From the NCBI GenBank assembly GCA_044376115.1, contig JBILLK010000003.1:288001-352000 (forward strand): a DNA stretch of 64,000 bases, written 5' to 3'. Positions 1 to 9,107 of the stretch are shown in pieces. Below the pieces are notes generated by a model. That model was not told where the DNA came from. It saw only the letters and a program-made list of their open reading frames with translations, and did not search any database. Made by a program: the position numbers and the translations under genes. Origin of the DNA: Polyangiaceae bacterium. Lineage in GTDB: Bacteria > Myxococcota_A > Polyangia > Polyangiales > Polyangiaceae. Every line of letters starts with the position of its first letter. Position 1 is the stretch's first letter.

Positions 1-98
1 TGGCCGTTGATGGTTTGCTGCAGGGCGAAGAGGCTGCCCAGAATGAAACGCCCAAGGATGACGTTCGGCTTCGCGTGATTGGCGCAGTTGAGTTTTGA
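1..98 (+). CDS. 3' end of a probable outer-membrane beta-barrel protein (partial)
   Basis: Frame 3 is open from the window edge and reads AVDGLLQGEEAAQNETPKDDVRLRVIGAVEF* (TGA 96-98); alternating hydrophobic last strand with terminal Phe resembles the BAM beta-signal. Confidence 0.5.
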   Translation, partial: AVDGLLQGEEAAQNETPKDDVRLRVIGAVEF

Positions 99-115
99 AT
101 CGAGGAGTCGTGAAG

Positions 116-754
116 ATGCGTACGCTGGTACTTGGCTTGAGCCTGATGTTCGTTGGTTGTTCCGAGTCTCGTTCGGACGCGGGTGGTGGTGGCGCAGGCG
201 CTGATGGCGGCGCGTCTACGACGAGCAGCGGCGGGGCTGGCGCGGGAGGCGAGGCGACGAGCAGCAGCGGTGGCTCCAGCTCGAGCGCCATGCCCAAAGG
301 GGACGTCGTCATCAACGAGATCGATGCCAACAACGATTGGATCGAGTTGGTCAACGTCGGGGAGGAGAGCTTCGACCTTTCGGGCTTGTTGCTCGCGGAC
401 AGCGACGCAGGTGAACCCAAACTCGATACAGCCATCGAGTTTCCAGAGGGGGCTTCGCTAGCCGGCGGAGCGCGCCTTTTCATCTTGGCCAAACAGGATA
501 ACGAGGTGGAGCCTGGGGTTCAGGAGCCGCAGACCGTGTGCGAGCCCGGAGCTTCTCCTTGCTTCTATGCACCGTTCGGAATCTCGGACGCGGATGGGGA
601 CGAGATCTTCCTCCTCGATGGGGACCGCATCATCAGCAGTGGCGTTTACGAGCCCGCAGCAGCAGCGGATGGTGAGAGCTGGTGTCGCCTTCCGGATGGT
701 ACCGGGGACTTTGCGGTATGTGCGCCGACTCCCAGCGCAACCAACGCTGAGTAG
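116..754 (+). CDS. Lamin-tail-domain (LTD) lipoprotein
   Basis: ATG 116 after GAGGAG; lipobox FVGC; Gly/Ser linker; LTD motif VVINEIDANNDWIELVN..FDLSGLLLADS. Confidence 0.8.
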   Translation: MRTLVLGLSLMFVGCSESRSDAGGGGAGADGGASTTSSGGAGAGGEATSSSGGSSSSAMPKGDVVINEIDANNDWIELVNVGEESFDLSGLLLADSDAGEPKLDTAIEFPEGASLAGGARLFILAKQDNEVEPGVQEPQTVCEPGASPCFYAPFGISDADGDEIFLLDGDRIISSGVYEPAAAADGESWCRLPDGTGDFAVCAPTPSATNAE

Positions 755-889
755 TTGGGTACGTCATCGTCCTGTTTCCATCGGCCCGCTTGGGTGCCAC
801 GGCGACGGCGCTCTCTGGTTACCCAATTGGCTTTGAACCTTTGCAGGCATCACCCGTGAAAGACACGTTGCGGCTGAACACTCTTCAAC

Positions 890-2005
890 GTGAAGAAGCC
901 GACTTTGGCGTTGTCAGCTGCCGCGCTCCTCTTCGGTTGTGGAGCGCTCCTTTCACCAACTGAGTCACATAACCCCTTACCCCCACGCATCGTCTCGCGG
1001 GAAAAGCCCGTCCACGTCGTACTGATTGCGCTCGATGGAGTTCGCGCGAGCGACGTCTTCGAGGGAGCTGACCCACGCTGGCTCGATACAGAGCGAACCC
1101 CAGAGGAAGTGGTTCCCAATCTGAGTTTGCTCGCACGTGAGGGCATCACTCTTGGAAGACCAGGCCATTCGCCTGGTCTTTCTGCTTCTGGGCCCAACTT
1201 CGTTTCCTTGCCCGGCTACACCGAGTTGCTCTCTGGACGCTTTTCCGAGTGCCACAGCAACGATTGCTCCACGAGGCCGGAGGAGACGTTGATCGATTGG
1301 ATGCTGAAGGACGGCACCGCACCTGCAAAGGTCGGCGTGATCGCCTCCTGGGAAAACATTGAGCACGCACTCAGCGCAGGGCCGACGAGCGCGTTCGTTT
1401 CAACGGGTCGCCACGGAGGGAATGCTCATCTTGTCGACCATGAGCGGCTGGGCTCCCATACCCTGACCGCGCTCGTTGATGGCGCCGATGCGCCGAGCGA
1501 ACCAGGCCACCATGACTACCGGCCGGACCACTACACGATAGAGCTCGCGCTTGCCTATCTGGAGGACCAGGCGCCGCGGTTCATGTTTGTTGGGCTCGGA
1601 GATACCGACGAACATGCACACGCGGGCGACTACGAGGCGTATCTGAATGCCTTGCAACGGGCCGACGCGTTCGTCGGGCGCGTGATGCAGTTGCGTAGCA
1701 CGTGGGAAGCTCAAGGTGAGCCTACGGCCATTTTCGTTACGACGGATCACGGTCGAGGTGACGACTTTCGGTCGCATGGGAAGGACTTCCCAGAGTCCCG
1801 CGCGGTTTGGCTGATTGCCGCTGGAGCGCGACTACGGGCAGGCGGGGCGGAGCTCGAGGGAGACTACGCACTGAGAGACATCGCGCCCACGATCGCGGCC
1901 ATCTCAGAGTTGTCACTGGTGACCGGCAACACCGCCGGTACGCCCTTGGCTGGCTTGATGTTGCCACGGCCGATGGCCGCGAACTCGCAACTAGCCTCTC
2001 GCTAG
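890..2005 (+). CDS. Alkaline phosphatase/metalloenzyme superfamily protein, probably a lipoprotein
   Basis: VVLIALDGVR, SLPGY nucleophile region, DEHAH, TTDHGR metal ligands, DIAPTI; signal peptide with LFGC. Confidence 0.8.
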   Translation: MKKPTLALSAAALLFGCGALLSPTESHNPLPPRIVSREKPVHVVLIALDGVRASDVFEGADPRWLDTERTPEEVVPNLSLLAREGITLGRPGHSPGLSASGPNFVSLPGYTELLSGRFSECHSNDCSTRPEETLIDWMLKDGTAPAKVGVIASWENIEHALSAGPTSAFVSTGRHGGNAHLVDHERLGSHTLTALVDGADAPSEPGHHDYRPDHYTIELALAYLEDQAPRFMFVGLGDTDEHAHAGDYEAYLNALQRADAFVGRVMQLRSTWEAQGEPTAIFVTTDHGRGDDFRSHGKDFPESRAVWLIAAGARLRAGGAELEGDYALRDIAPTIAAISELSLVTGNTAGTPLAGLMLPRPMAANSQLASR

Positions 2006-2006
2006 C

Positions 2007-2588
2007 TCACCAGGAAAGATCGTAAACGACGTTGCCCGAGGCGCTCTCTTGGTGGAGCGGACGCACTTTCCCGTGCTCAGCGCTCGCGAACGCGAGCGTA
2101 GCTTCCAGGCAACCCGCCAACCCATCTACATAGCAATCAAAGTTGAACTGCTGTGCGGGGAAGCCGACCAACGTCAGTTGAGCTTGCGAGTCTTCCGCCA
2201 ACGTCGCCGAGAGCGTGCCAAGCTCGCGCGTCACATGATCGTAGATCTTGTTGCTCCGCTTAATCAGCCCACCAGGCGTTACGCCAAAGATTCCAAACGT
2301 CATATTGAGGAAGGTTCGGAGCAGCGGTCGGTCGAAGCTCGACAGCATCGTTTCACGGAAGAGCCGAACCAGCCCTTGGGAGCCGAGCACCTCGCGAGCT
2401 GCGTCGGAGACGTGCATGTGCTGACCCATTGGAACCCACGCCATCGGTAGCTCGGCCAGGATCGCCTCGGTGGTTCTCGGGTCGATCAACGCAGTGATCT
2501 TGCTGCGCTCAGTTGGGCCCAGCCGAGAAATTGCCGTGAGCAGTGACTGCGTCTGCGCAGCACGAATCCGAGGCTCCCCCATCGCCAT
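2007..2588 (-). CDS. Hypothetical protein (resembles myxobacterial DUF2378/V4R-like family)
   Basis: 193-aa ORF; 'AWVP' and 'FGVTPGGLIKR' pattern recalls myxobacterial conserved hypotheticals. Confidence 0.55.
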   Translation of the reverse strand: MAMGEPRIRAAQTQSLLTAISRLGPTERSKITALIDPRTTEAILAELPMAWVPMGQHMHVSDAAREVLGSQGLVRLFRETMLSSFDRPLLRTFLNMTFGIFGVTPGGLIKRSNKIYDHVTRELGTLSATLAEDSQAQLTLVGFPAQQFNFDCYVDGLAGCLEATLAFASAEHGKVRPLHQESASGNVVYDLSW

Positions 2589-2649
2589 ATGCCAAGGCTA
2601 CACCGCATGACTGCGCCACACGAGCAGCGTTGTTGCGCGCTGCAGCGCC

Positions 2650-2973
2650 CTACTCCCCCAAACGTAGCCGTACTTCGGCTTGCGCAATGGTTTTGGCGGG
2701 TTGGGCACGAACCCGTAACTGACATAAGAGCCGCGTCTCCGAGCCGCAGCCCAGTAGTTCAAGCGTCTCACGCTCAGTGTCTTCTGGTGCGGCTAGCAGT
2801 GACTCACCGCTCTCCACTGTCACAACGCACACGCCACAGCTCGCGCTGCGGCAGGAGAAAAGCTCGGTCAAGCCCTCCTCCGCGTCGCACAGATCGAGAA
2901 CGCGGTCGGCGGGAGCTGCCGAGAGGACCAGCGTGCGTTCGTCTTGCTGCAGAGCGATTTGAATCGGTCCCAT
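2650..2973 (-). CDS. 2Fe-2S ferredoxin
   Basis: FSCRSASCGVC (Cx4Cx2C) plus RLLCQ; ATG 2973 preferred over TTG 2991. Confidence 0.9.
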   Translation of the reverse strand: MGPIQIALQQDERTLVLSAAPADRVLDLCDAEEGLTELFSCRSASCGVCVVTVESGESLLAAPEDTERETLELLGCGSETRLLCQLRVRAQPAKTIAQAEVRLRLGE

Positions 2974-2989
2974 AGGAGGTTGATGCCAC

Positions 2990-3027
2990 AAAAGAAAAAC
3001 AGAGCGAGGGCTTTCACCGTCGCTCTG
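2990..3027 (-). terminator. Rho-independent terminator after the lipoprotein pair
   Basis: Stem CAGAGCGA/TCGCTCTG followed on the minus strand by TTTTTCTTTT. Confidence 0.75.
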
Positions 3028-3068
3028 CTCCGTCGCGCGCCAACTCTGTTGGAGTGAGCGCTAGCGCC

Positions 3069-3416
3069 TCACTTGCAGGCCGGGTTGGCCTTCATCGCCT
3101 CAGCCGCCTGCTTGCAAGCAGTGACGGTGGCGTCCTTGCCCGGACCGCTGGCGGCAGCCTTCCAAGCCGTCTTCATGTCCTCGAGAGCCTTCTTGCTGGG
3201 CTCCTTCGCCGCGTCAGGCATCTTGTCGATGCAGGCAGAGTAGGACTTGATGTAGTCGTCACACTCGGCAATGCCGGTTTCGCCGCCGCCACTCTTGGCG
3301 TCTGCCTTGGCGGAGCCCGACGCTGCTGCGCCGCTCTTCGCGCCGTCTGCGCCCTTATCCCCACAACCGACAGCGAACATGGCACCGAGCACGAGAGCAA
3401 TCGCAATCTTCTTCAC
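3069..3416 (-). CDS. Small helical 4-Cys lipoprotein
   Basis: GTG 3416 with GGGAGG RBS; KKIAIALVLGAMFAVGC lipobox; TGIAECDDY..SACIDKMP..W..TAC..AC. Confidence 0.75.
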   Translation of the reverse strand: MKKIAIALVLGAMFAVGCGDKGADGAKSGAAASGSAKADAKSGGGETGIAECDDYIKSYSACIDKMPDAAKEPSKKALEDMKTAWKAAASGPGKDATVTACKQAAEAMKANPACK

Positions 3417-3616
3417 TTTAGAGCCTCCCTCAAAGACTGCCGATGGGACCGACAGCGCGGCGGATACTGCCATTTGTTTTCTGGCCGTACACAACAATCG
3501 GCAGCTTTTTTTCGCGGAAACCCAATTGTCTCAGAGTTGTAAATTACCTGTCTGAGATTGTCCGCCGCCCCGTCACTAGTGGTCATTCTCTCAAACAGAA
3601 TGACGGGCGTTCTGAG

Positions 3617-3961
3617 TCATTTGCAGGCGCCGGCGCTCTCGAGTTCTGCCAGTGCAGCGGCACAGGCCGTCAGCAGACGCTTTTGACCATCTGGCGTTTG
3701 GCTCTGCGCCTTCCAGGTAGCTTCGATCTCGCCGAGAGCTTTCTTGCGAGCTTCACGTTCTGCCTCTGGCGCCTTCTCGATGCAGGCCGTTTGCCGCTCG
3801 AGGTAGGTCTTGCATTGCGGTGTCGTGATCCCAACCGGCGCAGCGGAGCCAGAGGCTGATGCGCTGATTGAAGCGCTGGCGGATGGGGTCTGGGTGTTGC
3901 TCTCGCCGCAGCCAACAACGAGCCACAAGCATGCGGTACCAAGGCTGAGTCGTAGGTTCAT
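3617..3961 (-). CDS. Small helical 4-Cys lipoprotein, paralog of 3069-3416
   Basis: LVVGC lipobox; same C-x2-Y..ACI-K-P..W..TAC..ACK pattern. Confidence 0.75.
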   Translation of the reverse strand: MNLRLSLGTACLWLVVGCGESNTQTPSASASISASASGSAAPVGITTPQCKTYLERQTACIEKAPEAEREARKKALGEIEATWKAQSQTPDGQKRLLTACAAALAELESAGACK

Positions 3962-5295
3962 CGTCCTGTCCTGGTTGGTGCTAGTTCGACCAGAAGCGCG
4001 TGCTCGCGCCTCGTGGCGTTGCTGAAGGCTTGCTGCGAGCCGCCGTGAAAGTGAGGTCGGTCTTGCGAGGCGCGAGCGGTGAGCGTGAGCCCCGAGGAGG
4101 CTGCCGCGCGTTTCACGATTTCCTCTACCCGGATCGGTCGGTTATTCCAGGCTCCGTCGGCCAGCAGCAGGATCACCTTGCCCCTCGGACGAAGCACCCG
4201 GCGAAAAGCGGTGAACAGGTCGAACATCTCCTGCTCGAAGGAGCGCGCGGCTTCACCTGCGTCGAGCGAACGCATGCTGCGACGAGCGCCGATCTCCCCG
4301 CGCTCGAGCGGGTTTGCATCCGCGCCCAACCAACGCAGCCTCGTGCGGTGGTGCTCCACGTAATCGTAGACGCCGGGATAGGGAGGAGAGGTGACTACGA
4401 GGTCCACCGAACGGTCGGGGAGCCCAGGCAGTTCGCGCGCATCGCCGAGCCGCATGCGAGCCGCTGGGGTGTTTTGAAAGAGCGCTTCCGAGGTCTCGAG
4501 CAGGCCAACCAGTTCACGCGTCTTGTTTTGATAAAGCTTGGCTGGGTAGCCCGCCGCGATGCGCATCACGCGAGCCTTTTGTCCGGTATCCCCGTCGCGT
4601 TTGCTCAATTTCGTAAGGATGGATGAAAGCAGGAGGCGCATGACTGGGGCGAGCTGGTCGCGGCTGAGCGCCTCCACTCCGACGCGCAAGCCGTCCAGTT
4701 CGAGCAGCACGTGCGGATCGAACTGGGCGACGTCCTCGGCCGGGTAACGCCGCGACGGCCCGCTCTTGGCGAGACGACGCGCTGTTGCCTCGGCCGCCAC
4801 GCCTTCCGCGAGCGTCGTCATTCGCTGACGGTCGGCCGCGCTGAAGGAATGGGTCTTCAACGTCGAGAGCATGACCGCGATCGGGTTGAGGTCGAAGCCC
4901 CAAACCGAATGTCCACGAGCGCGCCCTTCGACCAGCACGGTGCCGCTGCCGCAGAAAGGGTCCAACAAGGTACCCGGCGCCGTAAGAAACGCCTCGAGCA
5001 GCAGGCCGGCCGTCTTCGGGTGCATGCGCGCCGGGTACGGATGGAAGCCGTGAACGTGCGCGCGCGCCTCCGCTTCTGCTCGCTCTTCGCGAGCGGCCGC
5101 CGGGGCTACGTCGAGCGCGAGCGCGAGCTTGTCGGTGATTGCGGGGTCACCCTCGACGCTGACTTTGCCGCCGACGTGCGCGAGCGAGCGTCGTTCTCGC
5201 CGAATTGGCGCGAGGCTCTCGACCGGAGCGGCGTTCGCTGTTGCTTTGGCCTTGGCGCGACGACGGGCCATCGGCCCACGCGAAGGAGTGGCCAT
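3958..5295 (-). CDS. Amino (N4-C/N6-A) DNA methyltransferase, orphan
   Basis: HGFHPYPARMHP, SAM motif LDPFCGSGT, catalytic VTSPPY. Confidence 0.85.
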   Translation of the reverse strand: MATPSRGPMARRRAKAKATANAAPVESLAPIRRERRSLAHVGGKVSVEGDPAITDKLALALDVAPAAAREERAEAEARAHVHGFHPYPARMHPKTAGLLLEAFLTAPGTLLDPFCGSGTVLVEGRARGHSVWGFDLNPIAVMLSTLKTHSFSAADRQRMTTLAEGVAAEATARRLAKSGPSRRYPAEDVAQFDPHVLLELDGLRVGVEALSRDQLAPVMRLLLSSILTKLSKRDGDTGQKARVMRIAAGYPAKLYQNKTRELVGLLETSEALFQNTPAARMRLGDARELPGLPDRSVDLVVTSPPYPGVYDYVEHHRTRLRWLGADANPLERGEIGARRSMRSLDAGEAARSFEQEMFDLFTAFRRVLRPRGKVILLLADGAWNNRPIRVEEIVKRAAASSGLTLTARASQDRPHFHGGSQQAFSNATRREHALLVELAPTRTGR

Positions 5296-5301
5296 GGAGA
5301 G

Positions 5302-6027
5302 CTACTGGACCCGACCGCGCGCTGCGGCGTTGGTCTCGGCTTCGGCTGCTTCAGCTTCGGCTTGTTGTTCAACGGCGGCGCGCGCTTCGAGCGCTGCGAA
5401 GCGCGGATCCTCCGGCAGCGGCACCGGCGCACCTTCGATCCGCATCCCCGTGTGGGCCGACCCAATGTCGAACTCGACCGTGGCCAGATTGAACAAATGC
5501 GCTGCGCGCTGCGGATCTACGTTGGTCACGCGCTGCAGGTCCGTGGCGTTCTTGACCGTGCCGCTGCGCATGAGCTCGCTGACGGTGTTGCTCCAGGCTG
5601 CGTCCATCGAGCCGGAAAGTTGTTGCGTCAGCTTGCTGACCTGAGACCGACCGTAGAAGGTCATGGCTGCCGATGGTCCGCCGAACAGCGCGAGAATGAC
5701 GGCCGCCGCCGTTACTGAAAAGAGGGAGACTGGCAAGCCGATCACCGCCGCCCCGATCAACCCAACGATGCCCACGTAACCGAGGGCCTTCATGCCAGCG
5801 CGCTTCTTGCGCAGCGTATCGACGTTGCGCAGCAGCGGCAGCGAGCTGTCGCCGGCGTTGCTTCCGCGCGGTGTTGGGATGCGCGGCCCGCCGCACAGCT
5901 TGCATACAAAAATAAATTCGGCGTTTGGTTCAACCCCGGCGACGCCGCGACAATGCGGGCAGACCATGTCTCCGCCGGGTTGGGCCGTCTGATGTGCGTA
6001 GAGATCGAAGCCAGGTCCTGAGTTCAC
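5302..6027 (-). CDS. Zinc-ribbon membrane protein, hypothetical
   Basis: CPHC..CKLC N-terminus, two hydrophobic helices; 4-nt overlap with the purQ stop. Confidence 0.7.
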   Translation of the reverse strand: MNSGPGFDLYAHQTAQPGGDMVCPHCRGVAGVEPNAEFIFVCKLCGGPRIPTPRGSNAGDSSLPLLRNVDTLRKKRAGMKALGYVGIVGLIGAAVIGLPVSLFSVTAAAVILALFGGPSAAMTFYGRSQVSKLTQQLSGSMDAAWSNTVSELMRSGTVKNATDLQRVTNVDPQRAAHLFNLATVEFDIGSAHTGMRIEGAPVPLPEDPRFAALEARAAVEQQAEAEAAEAETNAAARGRVQ

Positions 6028-6776
6028 AACGCCCCCGTAGTCGAAACCGACGCTGAAGGAGCTTTCGCTGCGTGTTCCACGAGCGCCGCGATCGCACAGT
6101 CGAAGAGGATTCGACCGTCGCTCGAGCCGTGGAGCGCTTCACTCATGCGTTCGGGGTGTGGCATTAGCCCGAGCACGTTGCGGTTCGGCCCACCGTAGAC
6201 GCCAGCGATCGCGTTGAGCGAGCCGTTGGGGTTGGACGCAGGCTCGACCTCGCCGCTGGCGGAGCAATAGCGAAGTGCAACCGCCGGAGCCTTGCCTGTT
6301 GCGGCCTCGAGCGTGGTTAGGCCTTGCGCGTCGATGTGATAGCGCCCATCTGCGTGCGCTATTGGCAGGCGCAAGACGCGCTCGCTGAGGCCGCGGGTAA
6401 ACGGGCCTTCCGCGACGACTTTCACGAACACGTCTCGGCACTCGAAGCGGAGGTGGGTGTTGCGTGTGAGCGCTCCGGGCAGCAGCTCACATTCGGTCAG
6501 GATCTGAAAGCCGTTGCACACTCCGAGCACGAGCCCGCCACGTTCGACGTGGCGTCGAAGGTCCGCCACGATCGGGCTCACCTTCGCGATCGCCCCGGAG
6601 CGCAGATAGTCTCCGAAGGAGAACCCCCCGGGAATTGCGACGAGATCCACGCCGCTGGGAAGGGACGTCTCGCGATGCCAGACCTCCGTGGTTGGAACGT
6701 TGACCACGTGGCGTAGCGTTCGGAGCATCTCCGCGTCTGCATTGGAACCAGGGAAAACGACGACGGCTGCCTGCAC
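6024..6776 (-). CDS. purQ: Phosphoribosylformylglycinamidine synthase glutaminase subunit
   Basis: VVVFPGSN, PGGFSFGDYLRSGA, GVCNGFQIL, MPHPER; GTG 6776 matches the usual PurQ N-terminus (ORF is open to ATG 6854). Confidence 0.95.
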   Translation of the reverse strand: MQAAVVVFPGSNADAEMLRTLRHVVNVPTTEVWHRETSLPSGVDLVAIPGGFSFGDYLRSGAIAKVSPIVADLRRHVERGGLVLGVCNGFQILTECELLPGALTRNTHLRFECRDVFVKVVAEGPFTRGLSERVLRLPIAHADGRYHIDAQGLTTLEAATGKAPAVALRYCSASGEVEPASNPNGSLNAIAGVYGGPNRNVLGLMPHPERMSEALHGSSDGRILFDCAIAALVEHAAKAPSASVSTTGAL

Positions 6777-6863
6777 GCCAAACTCTGTAGCGGAAGGCTC
6801 CGCGGGCCGCCATTGAGAACCCGCCTCGGTGGACGACAGGATGGTCTGTGGCATAACGAGCCC

Positions 6864-7556
6864 GTGGCTCGGCGTTCGGCACTGCGTGTCCCTTCGGAGT
6901 CGAGGCGGGCCGCGCGACTTCGGGTAGGGGACCGACGGCTCGCATTCGACCTGGCCCTAGCCTACGGCCTGCTTGGAGTCGTTGGAGTTGGCGCCAAGGT
7001 CGCTGTGACCCAAGGCCTGCCGCAGCTAGCGTTTCCGGCGACAGATGCGCTGCTTTGGACCTCGCCGCGGCTTTCGCAGCTGGCAGAAAACTCACTCGCC
7101 GGTAAAGCCGTGCTCGCTGCGGCGATGAGCGTCGTATTGGGCGTGTGCTTGGCGGCTCTGCTCGTCTGGACCACGCGGTTGCTGGTCCGACGAACGCGCT
7201 GGGCTTCGACACTGCACCAAGATTTGCAGCCCGTCGCCCGGCGCTTCGATCCGCAGGAGACCTGGCTCGTGGCGATCATGTCGGCGCTGGGCGAGGAGCT
7301 CTTCTTTCGCGGCTTTCTGCAACCGTTGGTCGGTCTTTTCGCGAGCAGCCTGCTGTTCGGATTGTTGCACCAGGTTCGAGGCCAGAGCCGCTGGGTGTGG
7401 GTCGGCTGGGCCTCAATCGGTGGCCTTTTGTTTGGCGGCTTGTTCGCGCTGACGGGCTCGCTTTGGGGCAGCGTGGTTGCGCATGCGCTCGTCAACGCCG
7501 TGAACCTCGATCACCTGCGCCGCTCGAACGTTGCTCTTTCGCCGACGGCCTCGTAG
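6864..7556 (+). CDS. CPBP/Abi (CAAX) intramembrane metalloprotease
   Basis: GEELFFRG, FGLLH, HALVN motifs; multiple TM helices; start uncertain. Confidence 0.85.
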   Translation: MARRSALRVPSESRRAARLRVGDRRLAFDLALAYGLLGVVGVGAKVAVTQGLPQLAFPATDALLWTSPRLSQLAENSLAGKAVLAAAMSVVLGVCLAALLVWTTRLLVRRTRWASTLHQDLQPVARRFDPQETWLVAIMSALGEELFFRGFLQPLVGLFASSLLFGLLHQVRGQSRWVWVGWASIGGLLFGGLFALTGSLWGSVVAHALVNAVNLDHLRRSNVALSPTAS

Positions 7557-7557
7557 C

Positions 7558-9006
7558 TCACTGGTCGGGCTTCTTCTGTTCGTCGTCGACCAAGAAGTCG
7601 CTGATCGACGGCGGCGGGATGCTCCATCCGGTATCGAGCTCGCTGGGGGCAGCTTCCGGTTCCGGCGCGGAGGGTGCCTTCACGGGCGCGGGGAGCTTCG
7701 CTGCTGCAGGGACGGCGGGCGTTGGATCGCTGGGGCCCAAGCTCGGGGTACCTGAACTAGGCGTAGTCGCGCTGATCGCTCGCATCGGCTTACTGGGCGA
7801 GAGTGAACGAAGCGAACCAAAGGCCGTTCGCGGCACTGTTTGACTCGGAACGCGAGGAGCGCTCAGGGCTCCGCCCGTCGGTTTTGGTAGGCTATTCGCC
7901 GAGGTCGCAGGCGTTGCGTTCTGCGGCGTCATGGAACGAGCGGGCGGAAGTGGAGGGCGGCCAGGTGTCTTTCCGGTGGGCGCCGGGACCCTGTTCATCG
8001 GCGCTGGCGTCATGCTCCGTGGAGGGACCGGGGGTCTTGCGGCGGGGATAGGGCGTTCGATCGCTTGCGGGACTCGCGTGGTTTCATCCGAGCTGATCGG
8101 TTCAACGCTGATGGGCGCGATGCTGCTGATGGGGGCAACACTGCTGATGGGCGCGACGCTAATCGGCTCCGAGCTGACCGGTGGGCTGGTCGAGCCCGCT
8201 CGCGCCGCCGCCTCCAGCATGCTGGCGAGCCTAGCCGACGAACTCGCTGCATCGTCCTCGTTGCGAGCCTCATCCTCAAGCCGTGCAGCTTCCATAAGCA
8301 GGGCGTTGATCGGCGTGAGTTCGAGCTCCGACGTCTGCGTCTCGGTCGATGGAGTGAAGGAGAACTTTCCGCTGTTCCAACCCATGGTCGTGCGAATGGT
8401 GAGCAGCGGGCTGTGAGGAGCCTCGTCCAGGGTGGTCGCCACCACGTTGCCGGAAAGGACAATGAATGCAGCTCGGTGGGTCTCGCTCTTGAGCTCCAGG
8501 CGGCCGCTCCTTCGCTCGAGATCCAGCAGGGTGAGTACCGTGGCGACCGACATTTGTGCCAGATCCCCGGTCATCGCTGCTCCCGGCGGGGGCAATGACG
8601 CGAGCGTTGCGCGCGTTTTCCGCAAACGCGCGGCCATTTGGATGAAGGCGTCCACTTGGGCCACGACCTCATCGATGCGGAAGGGCTTGGAAAGGTATGC
8701 GTCACCGCCTACCTGAAAACCCTCGAGTCGGTGCTCGCGGTCGTCGAGCCCAGAAAGAAACACGAGCGGGATCGTTGAGACCCGGGAGGGGTGCGCTCGA
8801 ACCTTGCGGGCAACCCAAAAACCGTTGTGGTCCGGCAGGTCCACGTCGCAGACGATGCAATCGGGCTGTTCCTCAACGGCCCGATAGAAGCCGTCCGCCG
8901 CGTTTTCGCAGATCGTGATCTCAAAGCCGGCCTCCCGCATTGCCACAGCGAGCAGGCGACACACCCACTCGTCGTCGTCAATTACGAGCACACGACCCTT
9001 CGACAT
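7558..9006 (-). CDS. Response regulator with DUF4388 domain and Pro/Ser-rich tail
   Basis: VLVIDDD, CDVDLPDHNG, KPF receiver motifs; GDLAQMSVATVLTLLDLERRSGRL..W..GKFSF..LLMEAARLEDE (DUF4388); ATG 9006. Confidence 0.9.
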   Translation of the reverse strand: MSKGRVLVIDDDEWVCRLLAVAMREAGFEITICENAADGFYRAVEEQPDCIVCDVDLPDHNGFWVARKVRAHPSRVSTIPLVFLSGLDDREHRLEGFQVGGDAYLSKPFRIDEVVAQVDAFIQMAARLRKTRATLASLPPPGAAMTGDLAQMSVATVLTLLDLERRSGRLELKSETHRAAFIVLSGNVVATTLDEAPHSPLLTIRTTMGWNSGKFSFTPSTETQTSELELTPINALLMEAARLEDEARNEDDAASSSARLASMLEAAARAGSTSPPVSSEPISVAPISSVAPISSIAPISVEPISSDETTRVPQAIERPIPAARPPVPPRSMTPAPMNRVPAPTGKTPGRPPLPPARSMTPQNATPATSANSLPKPTGGALSAPRVPSQTVPRTAFGSLRSLSPSKPMRAISATTPSSGTPSLGPSDPTPAVPAAAKLPAPVKAPSAPEPEAAPSELDTGWSIPPPSISDFLVDDEQKKPDQ

Positions 9007-9107
9007 TCTTGAGAAAGACGGTACCACGTGGAGTCCGTCGCGGGCCAAATGCCTAACGCCGTCCAGTACCAGACGAAGCCTCCCGGTGGTGGTAGAGTGC
9101 GCACCGC

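Noticed and set aside
3958..5295. Restriction-modification defence system
   Set aside because: No nuclease-like neighbour; flanking genes are a membrane Zn-ribbon protein and lipoproteins
8100..8180. Short repeats encoding APISS/EPISS in the response regulator tail
   Set aside because: Ordinary low-complexity coding repeats in a disordered tail
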